A DNA stretch of 64,000 nt from Octopus sinensis (taxonomy: Eukaryota), in the NCBI RefSeq assembly GCF_006345805.1, contig NC_043014.1:22134001-22198000 (forward strand). The letters are read 5' to 3'. The position numbers were made by a program, and so were the translations under genes. The first letter of the stretch is position 1, and every line of letters starts with the position of its first letter. Under the pieces are notes generated by a model that did not search any database, had not been told where the DNA came from, and saw only the letters and a program-made list of their open reading frames with translations. Shown one piece after another: positions 56,600-64,000 of this stretch.

Positions 56600-57585
56600 A
56601 ATTCCTGGCTACCCTAATTAAAAAAGCAAGGGACCCTCTCCCAGCTGTCCTCCAAACTACAGACGCATGCTCAAAGCAGGCCCGTTGGCACGTACCATGT
56701 TTGTCAGTCTGATCTAGGTTTTAGCTAATTTTCCTTTTCAAGTGAAATTTCAAAGATCTGATGAGGACCTGGCTAAAGAGGTTCAGTCAGGTCCACCACA
56801 CAACCTCTTTCGGCTAAACCGCCAAACAGATAAAGACTGTTTTCCCTACTCGAACAAAAGAAGGCGGCGGAATGACCGTCACAAAGGTCTCAGCTGGTTC
56901 GTCCTACTCCTAATAGAAGTCAGCAATGCTCAGGCCCTGGACGCTTTCGTTGCCTTGCTCACATTTCGACAGTCCTGGCTAATGGCACTTCGTGTCTAGA
57001 CAATTTATCTAGAACCAACAATGATTTCCCCACGGCTGTACAGGCCAGTCCATGATTTTCACCTCTCCGATAATAACACAATTTTTGCTCACCACTTAGC
57101 CTCTATACAACTTCAACGTGACATTTTTACACATCGTATTGCTCGACTGGTTTAGGGCTGTTATCGCTTGACGAAATTCTAGATACCGTGTATCCTAATT
57201 AGGTCTGTGGTTGAGACATGATTACAGCCCCTTCAAAGAAACAAGCTGTGGAAAAATGAATCTGGCAACCATGTTCACTGTCAAGAAATTACTGGAGAGG
57301 TCGCAGCCTTCGTGTACATCAGATACCATCTTGATGGTAGCCTATTTAACCTCCGATGACTACAGGCCCACACGAAGACCCTGGAACATCTGATCCGAGA
57401 TCTCTTTGCCGACGATGTTTCTCTTGTTACCAATACAGAAAGAGCCTTGCAGCTAATCACCTCCTGCTTCGCAGAGGCTGCTCAGCTCTTTGGGCTAGAA
57501 GTTCGCTTAAAAAGATAGAGGTACTCCAACTTCCTCTTCGTGAAGAGTGTCACCATTGGTGATGAAGGATCATCGCCTTCTACAA
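56600..57585 (+). mobile_element. RTE-clade LINE relic
   Basis: IRDLFADDVSLVTNTERALQLITSCFAEAAQLFGLEV at about 57395-57500; upstream part only weakly assignable. Confidence 0.6.
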
Positions 57586-57586
57586 G

Positions 57587-58088
57587 ACATAAAAAACGAC
57601 CCTTCATCAGTTGTCGGTCGTCATTCTACTCCCTATTTCGAGTAAGATAAGACTTTGAAGGCAATTGCTTCCGTGAACCAAAATAAAATTTGTGATTTGC
57701 GGAGGGTCAAAACAGGACAAAACAAACGAAACGAAACGAATAGAAACAGGGAAGGCCGTTTCCTCACGTGATCATCTTTCTTTTCCTTCAGTCTGTTGCA
57801 CCGTAGAGACGCATTCCTATCTGTCTCCTCCCCTATCTTTTCTTTCATCAAAGAATCTTCTTCCAGCGTTCGCTAACTTACCTCGTCTGAGCATAACGGT
57901 CCTCCGTTTGTATTCGTTTGGTTTGATTTGTTGTATTTCCTGTTTTTATTACCAACTTTGACCCTCTGCAAATCCCAAATTTTATTTTGGTTTGCGGGAG
58001 CACATGCCTTCAAAGTCTTATATTGTCATTCATTGCTCGAAATAAGGAGTAGGACAGCCGACAACTGACGAACGGTCGTTTTTTATGT
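57587..58088. mobile_element. MITE with about 125-bp imperfect TIRs
   Basis: acataaaaaacgacc...tttgcggagggtcaaa mirrored by tttgaccctctgcaaa...ggtcgttttttatgt. Confidence 0.8.
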
Positions 58089-58222
58089 TAGTTGTCTTGT
58101 TTGCCATTGTTTCTCTCGTTCTTTGCGTACCCAACGTTATTTTCGTATTTCATGTTGTTTACGTTTTGTGACGTTCTGTACCCATATATGGATATCTATA
58201 TACATACATGTGTATGTATGTA

Positions 58223-58271
<49 letters not shown>

Positions 58272-58299
58272 GTATATATATATATATAATATATATATA

Positions 58300-58345
<46 letters not shown>

Positions 58346-58555
58346 AAATGTGACCTCGTGTGTACCGTTGGCGATTTTTTTTCCTCTGTCTTCCCTTCTC
58401 TGGATCTTTCCTTCTCCTATGTTTCCGACGAAGAGCTCCGCTTGAAACGTTAAACCCTCCTTCTTTCCTTCTTTCCTGAGCGTCCAATAATACTATATTT
58501 GTTCCACGTCCTCGCGTTGTTGTGTTTTTTTGTGCTTTCTTGTTTGGATTAACTT

Positions 58556-58691
<136 letters not shown>

Positions 58692-58696
58692 ATGTG

Positions 58697-59012
58697 CAGT
58701 GGCGGACTGGCCAGGTTGCCAGGTGGCCCGTTGGCAAGTGGGCCCCTGCACCACTAGAATCCAATTTAGGTGCCCATGTTAGTATCTAAGGGGCCCATCC
58801 CCTCAAGTTTGAGAATCTTTTATTCACTCCTGAAACAATTAATTACTTCTGCGTGGCTGAGTTTGTAAACAGTTGAAAAGAATACGTTTAACAAAAATAA
58901 AAAAAAATTAAATGATAACATTGTAGTTGCGGGTGGGCCCTCTTGTACTTGCGAGTGGGGCCCCTTAGTCTCCTGGTTAGCAATCGATATTTCTAGACCC
59001 TGTCCGCCACTG
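58697..59012. mobile_element. hAT-type MITE in (TA)n
   Basis: 11-bp TIR cagtggcggac / gtccgccactg, GC-rich gggccc subterminal repeats; 8-bp TSD obscured by the microsatellite. Confidence 0.75.
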
Positions 59013-59071
<59 letters not shown>

Positions 59072-59163
59072 GCGCGTGTGTAAGTCTGTATATATATGTA
59101 TATTCATATGTTTGTGTGTTTTTGTCACTTGACAACCGATGTTGGTGTGTTTACGTCTCCGTA

Positions 59164-59424
59164 TAGCTTTGTTAAGCTATATGCAAACAAACTAGTGGAG
59201 ACGCGAATACATTTATCAAAGGTTTATTACTTTACGTACATCAGGGCTTAAGTCGCCAGTTATTTCTGTTTAGTTCACTCAGATTCGTTTCACACTCACT
59301 GTTGACATTATTTTGCATTTCTTCTCCAAACGGAAGTCCTTTTTTCTTGTTGCTGACCAACTTCCTAGCTAGCCCGCAGCGAAGTTTCTGTTTACAGTTC
59401 GTCTGTCACGAAACCTGCCCTACA
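59164..59424 (-). mobile_element. 261-bp insertion (short solo-LTR-like) splitting a SINE tail
   Basis: 6-bp TSD tccgta at 59158-59163 and 59425-59430; minus strand begins TGTAGGG and has AATAAA about 60 nt from its end. Confidence 0.65.
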
Positions 59425-59579
59425 TCCGTAAACTAGCGGTTCGGCAAAAGAGGTCGCTAGAATAAGTACTAAGCTTACAAAGAATAAGTCCAGGGGTCGA
59501 TTCGTTCGACTTTAGGCGGTACTCCAGATTGGCCGCAGTCAAATTAATGAAACAAGTATGTATTTTTTTTTTTTTTTTG

Positions 59580-59790
59580 TACTTGTTTCAGTCATTTGAC
59601 TGCGGCCATGCTGGAGCACCGCCTTTAGAGTGGTGAAAGAGTACAGCAGGGATCACCACCTCCTGCCGGAGCCTCGTGGAGCTTTTAGGTGTGATTTTTT
59701 CGCTCAATAAACACACATAACGCCCGGTCTGGGAATCGAAACCGCGATCCTCCGACCGCAAGTCCGCTGCCCTAACCACTAGGCCATTGC
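59580..59790 (-). mobile_element. tRNA-derived SINE (family B) with intact head
   Basis: Minus strand gaggcgcaatggcctagtggttagggcagcggac...ggtttcgattccc (A and B boxes). Confidence 0.85.
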
Positions 59791-60308
59791 GCCTCCACGC
59801 CTCCACGTGTATATATATATATACACGACCGCGCGTGCGCACGCATACACAAACACACAAACACACAAACACACACACACGTACATATATTCGATGCGTC
59901 ATATTGTCAAAAACCGTAACTTTGGAGTCAAATTCCGCATTTCATACGAGTAATGCCGTCTTTTTGATTGAAGTTTAGAGCCACGAAAACACAAGAAAGT
60001 GAAAACATTACGACTGAGATATGTCAACTATTTTCGCATACGCGCGCGCATACAAACATTGAAATAGACACAGAGAGTGAAAGAGAGAGTGAGAGAGAGA
60101 GAGAGTGAGAGAAAACCCTCCCTTTTTTTTTTACAACGAACGTATCCGACCAATCTGTTTTGAGCTTTTTCTTATACTGAAGGGCTGACTACAGTTGTCT
60201 ATAGCTCTTCATTTATATCTCTAAAATAGCTTTCTCAAACACCTATCTCTTCCCCCCCCCCACACCCACCCAGACCCCAGATCTACATGGACACGCAGTA
60301 ATATTTAA

Positions 60309-60340
<32 letters not shown>

Positions 60341-60584
60341 TCTGTTGTGTCTGGAGAGAGTCATTCTCTTTTAGTGCCTTATTATTTAACACACTCACCG
60401 GTAAAATTTCCACTAATTTCTTATTTTTATTTTCTAAGTGAGTGTGTTAAATAATAAGGCACTAAAAGAGAATGACTCTCCCCAGACACAACAGAATATG
60501 CTTCAACACACGAATTTATATAAAGAATCTTGCAAACCAAATCCCAAAACGAAATATACACATATTCTTTTATTCTTATATTTA

Positions 60585-61002
60585 TTTCAGTAATGTGACT
60601 GCGGCCATGCTGGAGCACCGCCTTTAGTCGAACAAATCGAACCCAAGATTTATTCTTCGTAAGCCTAGTACTTATTCTATCAGTCTCTTTTACCGAACCG
60701 CTATATTACGTAGACGTAAACACACCAACATCGGTTGTCAAGCGAAGGTGGTGGTGGGGACAAACACAGACATACAAACATATACACACACGCACACACA
60801 CACATATTCTTTTTATTCTTTTACTTGTTTCAGTCATTTGACTGCGGCCATACTGGAGCACCACCTTTAGTCGAGCAAATCGACCCCAGGACCTATTCTT
60901 TGTAAGCCAAGTACTTATTCTATCGGTCTCTTTTGCCGGGCAGACCAAAGCCTTGTTAGCGGATTTGGTAGACGGAAATTGAAAGAAGCCTGTCGTATAT
61001 AC

Positions 61003-61035
<33 letters not shown>

Positions 61036-61260
61036 AGTGTGTGCGTGTGTGTTTATGTTTGTGTGTGTCTGTGTTTGTTCCCCCACCATTGCTTGACAAC
61101 CGATGCTGGTGTGTTTACGTCCCCGTAACTAGCGGTTCGGCAATAGGTGGCCGATGGAATAACTACTAGGCTTACACGTCCTGGGATCGATTTGTTTGAT
61201 TAAAGGCGGTGCTCCAGCATAAACGCAGTCAAATGACTGAAACTAATAAAAGAGTAAAAG
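60585..61260. mobile_element. Cluster of SINE tails in both orientations
   Basis: gactgcggccatgctggagcaccgcctttagtcg at about 60597 and 60841 (minus), and its complement at about 61200-61250 (plus). Confidence 0.8.
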
Positions 61261-61465
61261 AACACACGCGCACACATACGTATACACGCGCGCGCGGCTG
61301 TGTGTGTGTGTGTGTGAATATTCGGGTTTGATACGTAGCACTCGTAATTTCATAGTAGATTCCGTAGTATAAAAAAGTAGTCGAGCAGCCAGTGTTTTCA
61401 TATATATATATATATATATATACACGCACGCACAGACACAGACACACACAGATATGTATTCACAG

Positions 61466-61568
<103 letters not shown>

Positions 61569-62069
61569 GTGTGTGCGGGCGCGTATGTGAGTGTGGCGGG
61601 TGAGTAAACGAAAACTTTAAGCACGCCACCAACAACTTCCTCACTTTATACTGACTCACGCTTTCTCCCTCTTGTTTATTCATGCTCGCTACTTTCTCAC
61701 ACCTCTCTCCCCCTTTCTCTGACACAAATGCAATGTATGATACACTCATATAAATATCTATTGTGCACCTACAAATAATATATATATATATACATACATA
61801 CGTGTGTATGTGTGTTTGTATGGTTTGTGCGCGTTATATATATAAATTCTTTTGTTCTTTCTTTTATTTGTTTCACTCATTTGACTGCGTCTATGCTGGA
61901 GCACCGTTAAGAAGGATGTTAGTGGAATAAATCGACCCCATGCATGTATGTGTGTATATATATATATCACCGTGACCACCGTGACTGACCAGGCTATCAG
62001 ATGTTGCTACACATCGCTGGTCACAATGCGCTTCGCATTGTTTTAGCCTTCAAATGACGCCACCCCCGC

Positions 62070-62130
62070 TGGCTAAGCGAGCAGGTCAATATATATATGT
62101 ATTATATATATTGACCTGCTCGCTTAGCCA
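62070..62130. repeat. Perfect 28-bp-stem fold-back truncating a SINE
   Basis: tggctaagcgagcaggtcaatatatata-tgtat-tatatatattgacctgctcgcttagcca. Confidence 0.9.
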
Positions 62131-62141
62131 CTGATATATAT

Positions 62142-62187
<46 letters not shown>

Positions 62188-62189
62188 TA

Positions 62190-62254
<65 letters not shown>

Positions 62255-62414
62255 TGCATACATGTAGACGCACACACACATACAAATATTTCCACGTATA
62301 CATAAACACATACTAACACACAAGCACAATATATATATTTAGATATGCTTATCTCTCTCTCTCAGTCTCTCTCTATCTATCTTCTATCTATCTATCTATC
62401 TATCTATATCTATC

Positions 62415-62487
<73 letters not shown>

Positions 62488-62496
62488 CTATATATA

Positions 62497-62560
<64 letters not shown>

Positions 62561-63008
62561 GTACATATATGTATTCGCACGCACACACATACAGACACTT
62601 GTACAGACAATTAGCACTCTCACTGACGTACATATAAACACATTAACGAGAGTTATACACATTCATGTTGTACATTAACAGTCGTATGCACTCATGCAAG
62701 TGTGCACATACACGCTCACACGTACACATGCGCACTGCATCAATTTACCCATTCTTTATAAACACACACAAACACATACAGATATGTATACCGATTTATA
62801 AACACATTCTCTTATTTCAAACGCATACATATACATACTTTCTCACGCTACCCACCTACCTACATATACACAAGACACACTTGTACATTTAAAAGGGGGT
62901 ATTTACACATAGATATAATGACCACATACACGTAAAACTTATATAGGGACGAGTATGTATGTGTGTAAATACATACATACATACAGATACATACACACAC
63001 ACACACAC

Positions 63009-63105
<97 letters not shown>

Positions 63106-63760
63106 TATATATAACTATATATATACTCACATACATGCATACATACGCATAAAGTTTTTATATCCGTAAGCACCAACGTATACATACAACGGATCTCAAA
63201 CATGCACACTAAGATACAGGAACTCCCAGACTTCTGCATGTAGACACGTACGCAACGCACATGCAGATAGGTGCATACACACGCAGACACGCATATAAGC
63301 ACACACACAAGTAGACTCACAGACACACACACACACGCAAGTAGACTCATGCATACACATTTGCAGACACACTTTCTGACACACAGCAATATACACACAC
63401 ACACAAACACATACACACGCAAGCAGCGTGTATGTACATTATAGGATTGGTTGTGTCTTGCATAGTAACTGCTGACGAAAATATTTTACAAGGTTAACAT
63501 TTCGTGAGATTGATGTCCTAGTTATACACAGAGAGAGAGACAGCTATTGGTTGGTGGTGGTCGTTACAGACCACCACCACCACCATCATCATCATCAGCA
63601 CCACCACCACCACCACCACCACCACCACTGCCACTACTACTGCTGTTGCTGCTGCCTACACTACCTTCTTTGACACGGTTTATATATATATATATATATA
63701 CACATATATGCACGTGCGTGTGTTTGTGTGTATATGAATGTGTGTGTGTGTGTGTATTTC
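62130..63760. repeat. Microsatellite-dense region (TA, CA, CT/GA, TCTA, CCA)
   Basis: Directly visible. Confidence 0.9.
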
Positions 63761-64000
63761 ACTATAATTCACTTCCCCCTATCTATCACTTTTTCTCTCT
63801 AACTCTGTACCTGTATCTCCTTATATATTTATATATCTTTCTTTCTCCCGACTTCATACAATCCTCTCTCTAGTTTATAATTCACTCTGTCTACTTACAC
63901 ACTCGTACCTGTTTTTCACACTCTCTTTCTGCTTCACTGCCTCTCACCTTCTCAGTCAGTTTCTCTCTCACTCTATCAAAGTGTACACTCTTTGCCTACT

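Noticed and set aside
59740-59790. tRNA gene
   Set aside because: Has A and B boxes but no closed acceptor stem and runs directly into a SINE body; classed as a SINE head.

Overview
Eukaryotic, repeat-saturated DNA, most likely cephalopod (Octopus-like, inferred from the tRNA-derived SINE families and extreme microsatellite density). No intact host gene is recognisable; almost every ORF in the track is either a microsatellite read-through or a decayed transposon fragment. Contents: five mariner relics (two form an exact 1695-bp tandem duplication), hAT, KRBA2/Ginger-like and Chapaev3-like transposase relics, non-autonomous Helitrons, MITEs, RTE/CR1/CRE LINE fragments, Penelope-type hammerhead motifs, a 1-kb inverted repeat and many SINEs. 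The standout is a set of Tx1/L1-type non-LTR elements inserted three times, at two loci, at the same nucleotide of the tRNA-derived head of one SINE family, with 14-15 bp TSDs. One copy is a full-length two-ORF element and two are ORF1-only. All three end in a covarying 4-bp/5-nt hairpin, and a related hairpin forms the 3' tail of a second SINE family.
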